The position numbers and the translations under genes are program-made. A DNA stretch of 64,000 nt. Source: Parasitella parasitica NRRL 2501 (Eukaryota; Fungi; Mucoromycota). Every line of letters begins with the position of its first letter. The first letter of the stretch is position 1. The stretch lies in assembly GCA_025201805.1 (NCBI GenBank), contig MU619249.1:166584-230583 (forward strand). The letters are read 5' to 3'. Below, piece after piece: positions 37,901 to 52,967 of the stretch. The notes under the pieces were generated by a model that saw only the letters and a list, made by a program, of their open reading frames with translations, had not been told where the DNA came from and ran no database searches.

Positions 37901-39070
37901 TCAATTTTTGAGCACTGCCCTATAACGAGGATGGCCATGTCTAACATATTCAATCGCTTCATTGGCTTGATCCATAGGAAACGTATGGCCCCAGGTACGG
38001 ACGCCATGCTTTGCAGCAAAGTCTAATGATTCCCTGATATCATCTGGGGAGCCAATGAATGAACCTACGACACTGATTTGTTTGGCTGCCATAGTTAGTG
38101 CATTCAAGCCAGATAATGGAAATTCAGGGATATCGCACAAGATGAATACGCCATTCTTCTTGAGAAGGCCAAAGTAATCATCCCAACTCTTGTTGATGAT
38201 CTTGGTAGCAAGAATATGAGTAAAAGAGTCCATATGGCGTCCCACTTCAGCAGGCTGATCAACTAGAATATAGTCATCACAGCCAAGCGCCTTTGCATCA
38301 TCAGCTTTACCAGGTACCACGTCGTAAGCAACAACCTGAGCACCCATTGCTTTGGCCCATTGTGCGCCTAAATGGCCAAGCCCACCTAACCCGAGTATAG
38401 CAACCTTGCTACCACTGCCTACACCATAGCGCTTCATAGGCGCAAAAGTTGTGACACCACCGCACAAAATAGAGGAAGCGTCTACGCTATCAAGCGCATC
38501 AGGGATCTTGAAAACAAAGTCTTTATCTCCTCTCCAGCGATCCGCAAACCCACCATAAGTAGTATCACCATTAGCCCAATGATCGTTAAACGTCCAAATA
38601 GCATGATCCTCGCATAAATTTTCCTTGTGGTCCTTACAATTGGTGCAATGATGACAGGATCCACATTGGCAACCTACACCTGCTCTGTCACCTACTCTAA
38701 GGTGTGTCACGTTCTTTCCAACCCTAGTAACTTTTCCAATGATTTCGTGGCCGACTACGGCAGGATAATTTGTTGGAGTCCAACCAGAGTCAATGCAATG
38801 GATATCAGTACCACAAATACCACAGCATATAATGTCCATGTCAACAGAATCGTCACCAAATTGAGTCAGTGGGAACTCGGCCTTTTGCAATTGTTCGCCT
38901 TTGCCATAGCACGCCCAACCATTCAATGTCTGAGGAAAGTCTTGCGTAGTATAGGCTCTTTGTACAAAACTAAAGGTAACACGAGGAATCATGTGAGACG
39001 ATTTTCTCAAAAACCCAGTTCTTGCTTGCTGAGTAAATGCTGTTAGACCTAAAGCTCTGAACCTGTTCAT
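37901..39070 (-). CDS. Zn-dependent medium-chain alcohol dehydrogenase (CAD/ADH6 family) with mitochondrial presequence, intronless
   Basis: CGICGTDIH, VGHEIIG, C-x2-C-x2-C-x7-C structural Zn site, LCGGVT, GLGGLGH and PRYR.VL; R/S/T-rich N-terminus lacking acidic residues. Confidence 0.92.
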   Translation of the reverse strand: MNRFRALGLTAFTQQARTGFLRKSSHMIPRVTFSFVQRAYTTQDFPQTLNGWACYGKGEQLQKAEFPLTQFGDDSVDMDIICCGICGTDIHCIDSGWTPTNYPAVVGHEIIGKVTRVGKNVTHLRVGDRAGVGCQCGSCHHCTNCKDHKENLCEDHAIWTFNDHWANGDTTYGGFADRWRGDKDFVFKIPDALDSVDASSILCGGVTTFAPMKRYGVGSGSKVAILGLGGLGHLGAQWAKAMGAQVVAYDVVPGKADDAKALGCDDYILVDQPAEVGRHMDSFTHILATKIINKSWDDYFGLLKKNGVFILCDIPEFPLSGLNALTMAAKQISVVGSFIGSPDDIRESLDFAAKHGVRTWGHTFPMDQANEAIEYVRHGHPRYRAVLKN

Positions 39071-39520
39071 TGTGTATCTGTATTGCGTTTTCAGTGTAGG
39101 TAAGCGATGAAAGGACGAAATGGATGTTCTGGTTTTCTTTATATATACGGTACTCATTAGATGTGACCGGGACCTACAACACATTTGCGCTCCATGTTTC
39201 AGAAAAGAAGATAATGATAATCTTTTTGATTCAATGTGAAGACATTATCAGTCGTACGATTTATCCTGTGCCTGTAGAGTATATGGAAATGAAAGATAGC
39301 AAATAGATTTTTCTATCGAATCCCATTTTTCGAATATGGTCCTTTTTTTAAAGCTTTGACATGTTGCTTAACTCTTCAGCCAGCAAGGCCTTTATAGTAT
39401 GTGGATTTGACATAGCTAGATTTGATCTCAGGCTTTATACACTTCTGATATTATTCTCCCGCTTTTGCTAACATCGGTCAGACAGCAAGTATATTTATAG
39501 TAAAAATTCTTACAATAAAA

Positions 39521-39657
39521 TACAGTCTTTTTATGGTTTCTGAAATAAAAGTTCAAGTAATTGATACATGTCACGGTGTTTGTGATAATATGTATTAGGG
39601 TTTCTGATAACAAACCTTTTACTTCTGGTGAAAGCTAAGAAGTTTCTAAGGGAAGAG
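39521..39657 (+). repeat. Inverted repeat, left arm
   Basis: Reverse complement of 41303-41435; 75-nt core 39547-39621 differs at 2 positions. Confidence 0.9.
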
Positions 39658-41302
39658 AAATGTCCCCTAAAAAGATTTTAAGTGGGAATTTCATATTTAG
39701 AGAAAAAGAGTAATTGCTTTGTTTTATTCATAGTGAAAATACAAAGAGAATGTGTTGTGAAATAAAGCTCTCTACATCATGTCTTTAAGTTCAAGGTATT
39801 CTTCCAAAAAAGGTTACGGTTGTCTATGGACAAACATCTGTAATTTTGGGTGTAAGTGTGTCTGTTGATTTTGGATCAAAAATCTTTAGCTGGATTCAGA
39901 AATGAAGAGCGAGATTAAAGACAAACACATTTATGTCCTTGGGATTTCATAAATTTTTATACAGATAATTTTTTATGAAGGAGTGTGTTATCCTGGTGGC
40001 AGATTGTTTCCTTTTCTCTGGTATTTTCTAGTGTAGAAGATCTTGCCAGACAAGTACCAAGCTGGATTCTCTGTATCCCGTTGCACAGTAGAACAGCTAG
40101 TCAAACCTGTGCCATCTTTTCCATAATATTGAAGTGGTTCAAAAGTGTATGCCTTTGCAAAGCCAGCGTAGATTTCAGGCGCCTGATTTTTTTTTTTTTT
40201 TTTTTTGGCCTACAAAAAGACAAAAAACTGCAAGAAAACAATATTTAGTGATCTCAAACATAAAAAAAAGTAATGCATTAGACTATAAGACACCTTTTAA
40301 TAATATATTTGCGTAGCTTAGAGCAAATTTTTGTACTTTTCAAGTTGACATAAGATGTAGGTAGCGACTTTTCTAACTCTTTTTGGCAAAGTATTTTTCA
40401 AGATCGGAGCGTGAGATCGTTAGGCCAGTTAAAGACATGGAAGCACCACCATTAGAAAGTCAAGAAGCACACCATTTGAATAAACTATTTGCAATTGTTT
40501 TTCTCTCAATTTGGTTAATCTATAACTTCCCAAAACTAATGCTTCCTTCAAAAAAAAACATCATTTTTCTCTGCTAGCGGAGATTAAACGCGTCCAAAAT
40601 CAGGAAGGAAAAATTCTTTCAGAGACTCAATTTGGACATTTCGAAAACAAAATTACTCTTTTGAGGCAAGATATCATCCTCTGATACTATGCATACTACG
40701 GCTGTCAGTCTATGATAATAACTGTATTTTTGGGCGCTCTATACGATGGTATCATTTCATAATTCCGGTATGCTTATGGAATTAGTTCTGTTGAGAAAAC
40801 CTCGAAAACAGATTAAGAGAGAAAAGTCATCATTTCGCTTAATCAGAGCACATTTCCAGTCTTTCAGATCAAGGAATGACCTTTTACGATCATTTTTCTC
40901 TAATATATGATGTAGTAAAAAGTTGCATTTTTGAGGTCAAAATCGAGGATAATGCATAATCGACGATTTTGGATGTATGGATACAAGGAAAATATCGAAA
41001 AAATCCGTCATTTTGCATCGAAAAAAAAATCATGCTCAAATTGCACAAAAATCATATATAATATAGTTTCTTCCAAATAGATACTATTTCTGGTGTTTTC
41101 AAGACACTTTCGATTATGAAAATCAATCAAAAAATGGCACACAAAGCTAAATTCCATGCTTTTAAGCTGTAAAAAATATCTATTTGGAGATGATATCACG
41201 TCAATATCAATTCTAGTGAATGACACAGCTCTATAAACTAAATATTTTTGATGCCACAAGTATACCTTTCTTCATAGTAAAATGATAGAACAGGTGTGGC
41301 TC

Positions 41303-41435
41303 CTCTCCCAGAAATTTCTCAGCTTTTATCAGAATAAAAGGTTTGTTATCAGAAACCCGAATACATATTATCACAAACACCGTGACATGTATCATTTACT
41401 TGAACTTTTTTTCCAGAAACTGCAAAATGACAGTA
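41303..41435 (-). repeat. Inverted repeat, right arm
   Basis: Core 41335-41409 pairs with 39547-39621. Confidence 0.9.
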
Positions 41436-43889
41436 TAACATATTATCATCCTCAGGATACACGTGCATTGAATTTTTGAGTATTCTTTTTTCAGGTTATC
41501 CGTAACTTTACAACCTCAACGCTCACACTCTCTTTATCTCACTTGAAATTTGAAGCGATGGATCAATCAATTAGTCTAATTAAATTGCCTCTCAAGCTGC
41601 TTATTTTCTACAGATATTCAAACAAGTTTTGTTAAATACGTCGCCCAGTGGAAATCAAATGATGCTCAGATAGTTCTGGTTGTGCCTGTATCAGCCAAAC
41701 GTAAATTAATCCATATTTTGCTCTTTATCGAAACCTATAGCGCTTTATATGCAATTTTTATATGTAAATTGTTGTTCTCTGCTGATATCTATAAAGTTTA
41801 TTTCGATCATAAAGCATGCAGTAGTAAAGCATGATAGAGAAGGTAGTGAACAAGCAAACATATGAAAGTAAACTATGGTTTGTGCAAGAATTAAGGATGG
41901 CTTTCAACGTGCCCAACAAGTTCATTGACAATATTCCTCTCCAGCCCAGCCAGTAAGACATAACCCAAAAGGACCTGATGCTATCCTCGTTACAAGTTGT
42001 ATATCGCGGCCACGTATCGTTGTTCCTTCACTGCACAGGAGCTTCGTTTTTTTTTCTCCCAGTATTCGTATATCTTACATTCGCAGCTAGTGTTTTCATG
42101 CAACGTATAAAATATGTTGATGCCTCCTCTTGCATACAGAGATTTGACTGATATACTAAACTGTTTTCTTCAAACACCTTCAGAATTTTCATTGATATTC
42201 CATTTAAAAGTAAAAAGTCAAGATTAGAGGTCAAAGTAGAAGTTAAAGGTTAGAGATGACCTCCAACCACTAACATCTAATCTTTGACCTTTGACCTTTA
42301 GCTTTTAATCTTGACCTTTAAGCTTTAACCTTCTTATCAATTGCGCTAATTTCGAGAAATCATGCATCAGGTTTCACAGGAGCGCGTGATATATCCGTTT
42401 TAGAAAAATAATGGAAACAAGCAGCTATTGCATGATTTTAAATCTTTGATTGCCATCATTGTCGATTGCTGATCGTCTTCCTGATGCAATCAAGTTGATT
42501 TTAAAAACGATATTTAAACATATTATTATTTAGAACGGAGTGTACAGCTTAAAAAATCGCCTTTTTTGGATTTCGAACCTCCTAATTTGGTTGATTCAAT
42601 CTATTTCGCCCGACTTTCAACATGATTTACTCTGTTGAAAGAGCTCTTATTTCAAATCAAAATACATGAAATTTATTTCACGCTTTGTTGCATACGCACA
42701 TATTTTTTTTATAGTTTTCTAAAGCTTCTATATATTATTAATTAGTTTTTGAAAATGTGATATACTTGATTTAACGCCGACTTCTCAAAAATTCGAAACT
42801 TGAATGGGAATTACAAAACCAAACAAAGCATTTATACACTCTATTCCTCGCTGGATTGTGTTTATTTTGCTTTGTTCTTGTAGCCTTTATTAGTTTTATT
42901 CAAGATGAGCCATGATATACTTTAGTATCACACAGCCACAAAAACCTTGGCTATTTTAAAATTAGAAATTCCAAACGTATAGTAATTTAGCAGAAAAATC
43001 AATATAACGAGGTTTCATATGTATAACTTCATTGCTTATTACTATATCATTAAGATATGGGTAAGTTGATGATCCTCTCTTATATTCTATCCAATTTTTC
43101 ATTAAGAAATAAAATTTGTAACGAAAGACCTTCTATTTCTTATTCATACTAATAATCATTGGATGTTTACATTCATAGATGGAGCTGGATTCAAATGATG
43201 CATGCAGCACTATAGAATAATAATATAAGATTGCAAAAACAAACATCCAATCTGATATCATTAACCCATTGGGAGGTGTAAAACGACCAATGGAGTTCAG
43301 AAAGTTGGCCGATTTTTCCAGCAGTGGCCATTGAGAGTATAAGGTATCAGATTTTGGTACATCCAATTTAACGATATTGTTTTCCCAAAGGTTTTCATTC
43401 GATGTCTGTACTTGTTTATAATAATCAAATCAGTCTCCCTTTTTTTACGCACAAAAATTGAGGTTTTCGTAAAAAAAAAATGTGTCATTGCTTATTCATT
43501 TGAAGTGGCTGTGGACGAAGATGCGTGACAATTTGGACAAAATAATCAAGGCCCTGAAAACCCTCATTGGATCGTTTCCATGGCAAGCAAAAGAAAATTT
43601 AATCCATGATATCATGTCTACTTCAAAAGCATATTTATATTGACTTTTCACTGACAAGGATTTTAAGGAAAGATCAACATGTGTGTAGCAATGCATACAC
43701 AGGCTGCTTAACTTGCTTGCACTCTTCCAATTATTTGTTTTCTAACTGGAAGACAAACGCCATTCATCGAACACATCGGAGTTGATGGTGAGGGGAATTT
43801 GGGGTATTTCATTCCCTTTCTGCAAAATGCGTTGGTTTTAGTACTTGTTTCTTTCCTTCATTCAAAAAAAAAAAAGAAAAAAAGGGTTA

Positions 43890-45685
<1,796 letters not shown>

Positions 45686-47984
45686 CATATTACTATATAT
45701 TCTATTTCATATATCCGTTTTTATTGTCCTTTAAAAAATTAAATGTCATCCAGATAAAGACAAAGTGTAAATATTTTGTAATATGTAGTTTACAGCACGA
45801 AATCCGGAAGCAATGATGTTAAATTATAAGACATTGCAACTTCTTTAAGTCGCATCATATAACAAGCAAACCTTTTTTTTTTTTTTTTTACCTATTTCGA
45901 AAGCGCACGAGCTTACCAAGCATTAAGATAATTACATCATATTTGTTCATTATAAGTGATCAAGCACCGTATTGCTGAGGAGAGAATCAGTGTTGATATG
46001 TTTAGCAAGTTCTTGACATAGTTGAAACTTTCACATCAGGTAGTCAAATTAATGCGAATTTTTATCAGATTACATAGATGCTATACGTTGAATGCAACCA
46101 TCAGACCTTGCGAAATGACACGAAAAATCCCAATATTCCTTCCACAGTGAGATTTGCTTGCTCAGCTTCGACTCTTGCGCAATAAAAATTGGTAAATCTG
46201 TATCTATAAAAATAACCTATGTAAGTCATTATATACAATCGTATTCTATACAGCATCTTCAACAAGACTCTTGTTTATGCGAAACATATTTTCCCGAGTT
46301 TGTAGAATATATACGCACTGATCTTGGGTGGTACAGTGATTTGTAATATTTTAAATCTTGTTCTGCGAACACAGACATGCTTGAATCTAAGACATACTAA
46401 AAAGTACACACGAGGGAAGTTACCCTTCGAGAAATGACCCTTTTCGTTCGACATGATATATATCTTAAGAGGTCTTAAAAAAAAGGGGGAACAAAAAAGC
46501 TCAAGCGGATCGCTCAAAAATGATGTGATGGATATTTTATACGATGGACCATGTATATACAAAGAAAAAAGTTACCATCTCCCATGGCTATCTATTATGA
46601 AAGGCGGGCAATGTTTCGGATATAACATTAGCGCTGGTTTTCCAACACCAATGTAAAAGCGTATCATTTTTTTTTTATGGGCCAAAATGCTACGAAGAAC
46701 AACAACAAAAAAAAAAGGTAACAATGTGAATTGATACTATCGTAATCGTGCGTCTGGGTGATTGAACTAGATCTATCCTTTGTCTTTAGAAGTATCTGCA
46801 TTTTTCTGTACATATCTTTTAGTCTCGATTCGATAGAACAGGGCAAATAATACCTAGAAATAATCCCACAAAAAAGTTATTGTCTACATTTCATTTTGAT
46901 CAGCTCTTTTAGAGCATTATTCCTACTCCTTGATGATCAAGTACAAATTTTTCATCTGAATACCGTACAGGAAACGCTAGATCAAAAAGCTTCTTTTTTC
47001 CTTGTGACAAATGTCAATCATCCAGCTGAAGCCTGGCGACTTGAGCTGGATGGTTTGCAGATGGAAAATAACCTCGTGCGCCATGTCAAAGTTGTAACTA
47101 GAGATATAATTACATACTAAGCCAAATGCACCATACTCAGAGTCCAAAAAAGAGATATATGCTATTTATACATAAAAAAAAAGTGCCTCTGGTCACTTTA
47201 AATCATACCATAATATGCATAGCCATTATTCGTCATTGTGATTAAGCAAACGACATAATTGCACGCGCATATCCTGACTAATTCCCGCTCAGTTTATGAA
47301 GTGTATCTTTATAGATCCATAAGCAAAATTAAGCTTGGGAACGTCTCTAGGAGCCATTGCTTCCACCTATTTCTATCAATTCATTTGTTATTTTGTGTCG
47401 TGTCAATGCTAATTGAAATGGATAATTAAAAGCCTTGTGTATCTTGGCTGCTCAAAATAAAACGTCTGTAAATATGAAAAATTGTCTATGGCAACTTGTT
47501 TCAGTTGAGATACGAACCGCAAAAAGAGAGCATCCAAATAGAGCTATTCAGCAACAAAAGTCTATGTTACTTTCTTATTGTATAGTGAGAGCAAGAACCA
47601 AGTAGAAGAAATTAGAGAGCAGTTGTGGTACAGAAGAGGGCAACACAAAATCCAACAACTGAATGAAATGTGCCATTTAAACATACGTCGCAATTGCTTC
47701 AACCAAAGTGCATGTACTAAATGCAGTTTTATGTCGCCGTTCTTAGTCGGTGATTTTGGCTTTTTTGATGACAGATTAGTTGTTGGCATTGATTGCTGTT
47801 ACTGCTGCTGTAGTAGGATGGATGTAATGAATGTGCTATATGAATAACTTTCGTATATAAAGCCATTTCATGCTTTTTATTTTCTTTTATTTTACCTCTT
47901 TTTATTTACTTTCTTTTTTTGAAATTGTTTTGTTAATCAAAATACTTGCCTATTTATTCCGTTTTATATATCATTGCATCCAAC

Positions 47985-49159
47985 ATGTTTCCCGCCCAAA
48001 GAGGTTTATACGGCCATAGATCTACTATGAACCAGTTTGCAAAACCAGGATTTCCCTTAATAAATTGCGATCCTTTTCCATTTACAAATGCCAATTTTAC
48101 TGGCATACCTAGTGTTGGTGACAAATCACCTTTGATGCAACACTTCGCCCCTGATAATGATCTTTTTGACACTGATTTGACAAAAGAAGGTCCAAAAAAT
48201 TCATTAAATATTCAAAAGTAAGTATACTTGTATGCCACATCTGATATGTACAGAACTTAAATCAGTCTCTTTAAACTAGGCCGCTTAGTAAAGCTGAACG
48301 TCGCGCTGAACATAATGCCATTGAACGCGCTCGCCGTGAAAGCTTGAATACCAAGTTCCAAACTCTTGCGCAGGCTCTTCCTAATCTCGTCAATTACCGT
48401 AGACCTTCAAAAAGTCAGATTGTTGAGAAAGCTCTTGACTGGGTCAAACAGGGCATTTCTAGAGAAGAGCGTTATCGCTATCAGGTACTCCAACTTCAAA
48501 GAGAAAACAAAAATTTGCTAGCTCGATTGATGCATCAAGAAAATCCAACTACGTCCACATCTGCTTTCGTCCCTTCTTTAACAGGACAACAATCCGTGCC
48601 TATGCCTTCTGTTTCTCTAGAAAATACTCCAACTAATGCCAATACTCCCAACATATATACCGATTTATCTACTAATAACGGCTGGTCCATTGATAACTCA
48701 AACCAATACGCAGCTTCTACTCTTCAAATGACCCCATGCAGCAGTACTGAGGACGTGTTAAAGCAAGACTTCATTTCCAAAAATGACGATGAGGATAATG
48801 CCTCGAGTGGAAATGAAGATGACATTGAAAATCAGTCTTCGCCATGTTATTCCTCTTGTTGGCATGGGTCTCCTCAAACCCAATATGAAGCAAATCATCA
48901 ACAAACCCTCCACGCTATGATGGCTGCTGATCTTTATTGTAAATTTCCAAAGAAGCTCGTCATCTTCATACGTTAAAAAACTAACACTCACTCTTTGTAC
49001 ATAGCTTTAGGCTGTCAATCGGATGGTACCCATTTTGACACCCACACGATGAATACTTGGAATGCCTCCAAGTTTCCTCCTTCCTCACTGATGATAAATT
49101 CTGTCAATGTTGGACATGGACTGGGCAGTAGATCTGCGTCAGTCCAACTTCTGTCGTAA
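47985..49159 (+). CDS. bHLH-Zip transcription factor (Max-like), 3 exons
   Basis: KAERRAEHNAIERARRESLNTKFQ.L...PSKSQIVEKALDWV followed by a zipper (QLQRENKNLLARL). Confidence 0.88.
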
Positions 49160-49811
49160 TCGTACTACCGATATCTTTCTTACATACATATAACCTTTTC
49201 TTCCATATTATTATTAACCTATATATACTAGTATACTATACTTTACACATCCATTTATCTTTTTTATTTCTTATATCACCATATACTTTACTCATCATCT
49301 TATACAATCTATATATCTTAACAATACTCGAAAAATTCTAAAATTACACGCGTGTACATTTTCTTCACTGTACATACATTTTGAGAAAATAAAACGTCTT
49401 GACCCATAACTAAAGTTCAGAAATAATAATAGCTTGCTTTATTTGACTCCAATTGTCAAATTATATCGTAGCGGTAGGCGGGGGCAAAGATTATCAAGAT
49501 GGTATGATGATTTCTGCACTATTATAATATGATGCTGGCCAAAAAGTGACGCAGAACGTATGATGCAGGTTGTCAAAACAGTGTAATTTGGCTTTTATTA
49601 CAAAATACAGACTGTGCAATTCGAGTTAAACATGAACAGTAATATGAATAAAAAAAATGTCGTTTGCACATGTGCTCATATATCTAGCTTTTATGACATG
49701 TAAAAGGCGCTTGCAAAATTCAAATGCAAAGTTTTGTTTTGTTCGAGTTCATGATGTCTATATACAAATGAGTGTTTTGGTAGAAAAGGGGGGCGGGGCG
49801 AGATTTTTTTT

Positions 49812-51426
49812 TCAGCTGCTTCGCTTCTTTGATAGACCGAACCTGGGTCTTCTCCTCGTATCCACTTGAGATTTATTCATATCCTCGTTGCTGCTGAGAG
49901 TAAATGAGGCTGTGCTGGACTCTTTGCCAATGTCTTGCCCTGTCATATAATAATGGGTGTGAGGAAAATAGGCTCACAAGGAACTATGTATATCGTCATT
50001 ACCTGTTTGGCTATTAATAGCACTTGAATGCAAAAAGTAATCGTCGATAGTGGTAGGCTTTTTAACCACACTTGTTCGAATCTGCTTTTTATCTAATTTG
50101 ACAATTTGGCTCTCAAGAGCAACGGGAACAGGTGAAGCGGCCCGTCTCTTTCCTTTCCGTGTCGATTTAATCTTGATTGCTGCTTGTTGTTCTAACTGAA
50201 GAATGTCATTTTCTGTCAAATCGTCAAAATCTTCTTGTACGTCTTCTTCTTTTTCCGATGGCAGCGACATTGGAGGTGATGAAATATCATATTCAGCATT
50301 ATTCTGATCGTTATCACCAGCATCATTGACAGAAGTTAAAGGGGATATATAGTCACTGTCATCGATATAGTCTGGCATGTCCAATACTAGTGCAAAATCA
50401 TCCTTGGGAATTTCGTATGGAATCTCCTCTAATCTATCCGTCGCTGCCTTTTGGCTGTAGGGTAGCGTGCCAATATTTTGCGGGGGAACCTCTTCTGCAT
50501 CATCTGGATCATACGCTTCTGTGTCTTGATCCTCTTCGTCTGGGTAATAAGGTCGTGTATCTTGGTCTTCATCATCGGCATTGTATGGCTGCGTGTCTCC
50601 ATCATCAACTTCATCCGCCAAATATGGGATCGTATCCTGAGAATCAGCTTCAAAAGGTTGATTGAAGCATGGAGCAGAATGAGGTCGACATAGCTCCTCG
50701 ATTTCATCATGCTCTTGAAGTGTTGTTGAAGCGGTTTTATACTCGGCAGTTATTTCTTCCTCTTCTTCTTCATCTCCTCCATCAGGCTGAGGAATAATAG
50801 GATTTGTCGTTGCCGTGATGGAATAATCAATTGCTGAAAACTGTGAAAAATCATCATGTTTTTCTGTCTCTTCTTGTTTGGTATAGAATGCTTTGCTAAC
50901 CGCTGCTGCTTTTTCTTGTTGAATAACAACAGACTTCCTAGAGCTATGCCAATATGAATTCGGTTTGCATGAAGAGGCCCAAGGTGGTGAATCGCTACTA
51001 TCTGCATCCAAGGCATCGACGGCGTCGTCTTCTTGCTCATTATTTACATGCTCAAAATTATGCTGATTTGAAGTCGTGAAGAGCCAATCCTCAATAAAGG
51101 TTTGATGCTGACGAGTTGCTGATGGCGGTGATGTTGACAAAAGTCCCATAGGATAATGCGGAAGTGTACTCTGATATAGAATCCAAAAATTAGTATTAAA
51201 AAAAAAAAAGCGTGAAAAAGGGAATGGTTAATTTACGATGGAGGTTGTTGAAACTGAGAAAGACAAAAGTTAGTCAACGAAACCAAAATCATGTTTAGGA
51301 ACATAACATGACTTTACCTCCCGAGTTGGTCCTATCTCCTATTCTTGTAATATATGATACTGTGCTTGATTGCCGCCTGGGAGGGATTTCGCTGACTGTA
51401 ATGGGAGTGTCGTTCGACAAATCCAT
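49812..51426 (-). CDS. Acidic, disordered hypothetical protein with D-T-x-x-Y repeats, multi-exon
   Basis: 391-aa open exon, 5' exon from ATG 51426 and predicted last exon ending RRRPRFGLSKKRSS* at 49812; internal 5' exon boundaries uncertain. Confidence 0.7.
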
Positions 51427-52333
51427 TATAGATGTATGTTTCAATTTGAAAAAAAAAAAAAAAAAAAAAAGGAAACGCGCCTGAAGAATAGTAGAGACAA
51501 CCCCTGATTGATCATGATATTTGTCTTGCCTTGTCAGTAGCGTCACATTATTTATTTTAATGCAAGACATAGTAAGTTGAATCGCATAAACTCTTGACAT
51601 AAAATAGCATGTTGAATATTTGGGCGCTCAAGCTAATCAAGTGCTCTCCAAAAAATAAGAACAAAAGTGGGTTGATTTTGTCAATTCATCAGAAGATTAT
51701 ACGCAAGGCTTATCCTGTTGCCGTTTATAAAGTAGTCGGTTCTCGATTCAATGCACTTTCAATTGATAGAGTGCTGTCTAAATCAAATCACACCGATGTG
51801 TACTTGTATTGTTGTCGTGTTCTGCTAGTTGGATTCCCAAGGAGCAAAGGGAAACGCTCTGCTTGGCTTGGACTTCTATACATGCATGCTTTGTTGGAGA
51901 CCATCTGTTTTCAAATTAGGAGCAAGGCATGAACCCAATATATATCTTGAGTGTGTTAAAAATAAATCAATATTTGCAAACTTGTAGAATATGGTTTCAA
52001 AACTTATTTTCTTGGAATTTTATTTTCTGGCTAAACTAAATCGCTTACACCGCTGCATTCATATTCCAAATCATTATAAAAGTGACGAGCCAAAGTATTT
52101 TCAGACAAATACGACCCTTTATAATCAGATACAGATACTCAAATGTAACATTTGTTATTATGATCATTTTATTGATTGTTTGAATTATACTTCACTTTGA
52201 AACAGAGCATTTTCTAGTTGCTGTAGTCAGATAAACCAATTAGATTCTTTTTCCACTATTTAGCAAATGACAAAAAGAAAAAAAAAAAAAAATTGTTCAT
52301 ATTCTCTCTTTCTAATATTAATAAACAACAACC

Positions 52334-52897
52334 ATGTCGCAAAACCTTATCAACGCTAATCCCACCATCTACAACACAAAGACGTTTGTCCGCAAAGAAA
52401 CTGAGGCAGAGTATGACGACGATATTGAAGATGCTATTGATTCACAAGAAGTGTTTGATCTTATCCGCTCCATCTCAGACCCTGAGCATCCGTTGACTTT
52501 GGAACAGTTGAATGTTACCCAGTTTGATCATATTGAGGTGAATAATGAGACCAACAAAGTCTTGATTGAATTCACACCTACTATCCCTCATTGCTCAATG
52601 GCTACGTTGATTGGTTTGTGTATTCGAGTTCGATTATTGCGTAGTTTACCTGATAGGTTCAAGGTCTGTTTGTGCGTTTGAGTTTGTGCCATAAAATGAT
52701 GACTAATACATGAGTTAAATCAACAGGTTGATATCAGAGTACGCAAAGGGACTCATCAATCTGAAGGAGCAGTGAACAAGCAATTGAACGACAAGGAAAG
52801 AGTTGCGGCAGCCTTGGAAAATAATCACTTGTTGGAAGTTGTTAATCAATGCTTAGCAACAGCAAGTCTTCGAGGCATGGAAGTTACTTCCAATTAA
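52334..52897 (+). CDS. CIA2: Cytosolic Fe-S assembly component CIA2/FAM96B, 2 exons
   Basis: [34 protein letters not shown] and [17 protein letters not shown]. Confidence 0.96.
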
Positions 52898-52967
52898 GTT
52901 GTTCATACTCTTGAATAAAAAAAATATATATTTTACACATTTTATTACTATTCTTTAGCCTTTAAAT

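Noticed and set aside
43133-43700. Minus-strand fragments such as WPLLEKSANFL resembling glycoside hydrolase helices
   Set aside because: Too short and broken to support.
39300-43800. Possible centromere core
   Set aside because: No flanking LINE-like retroelements as described for Mucor centromeres, and genes lie close on both sides.
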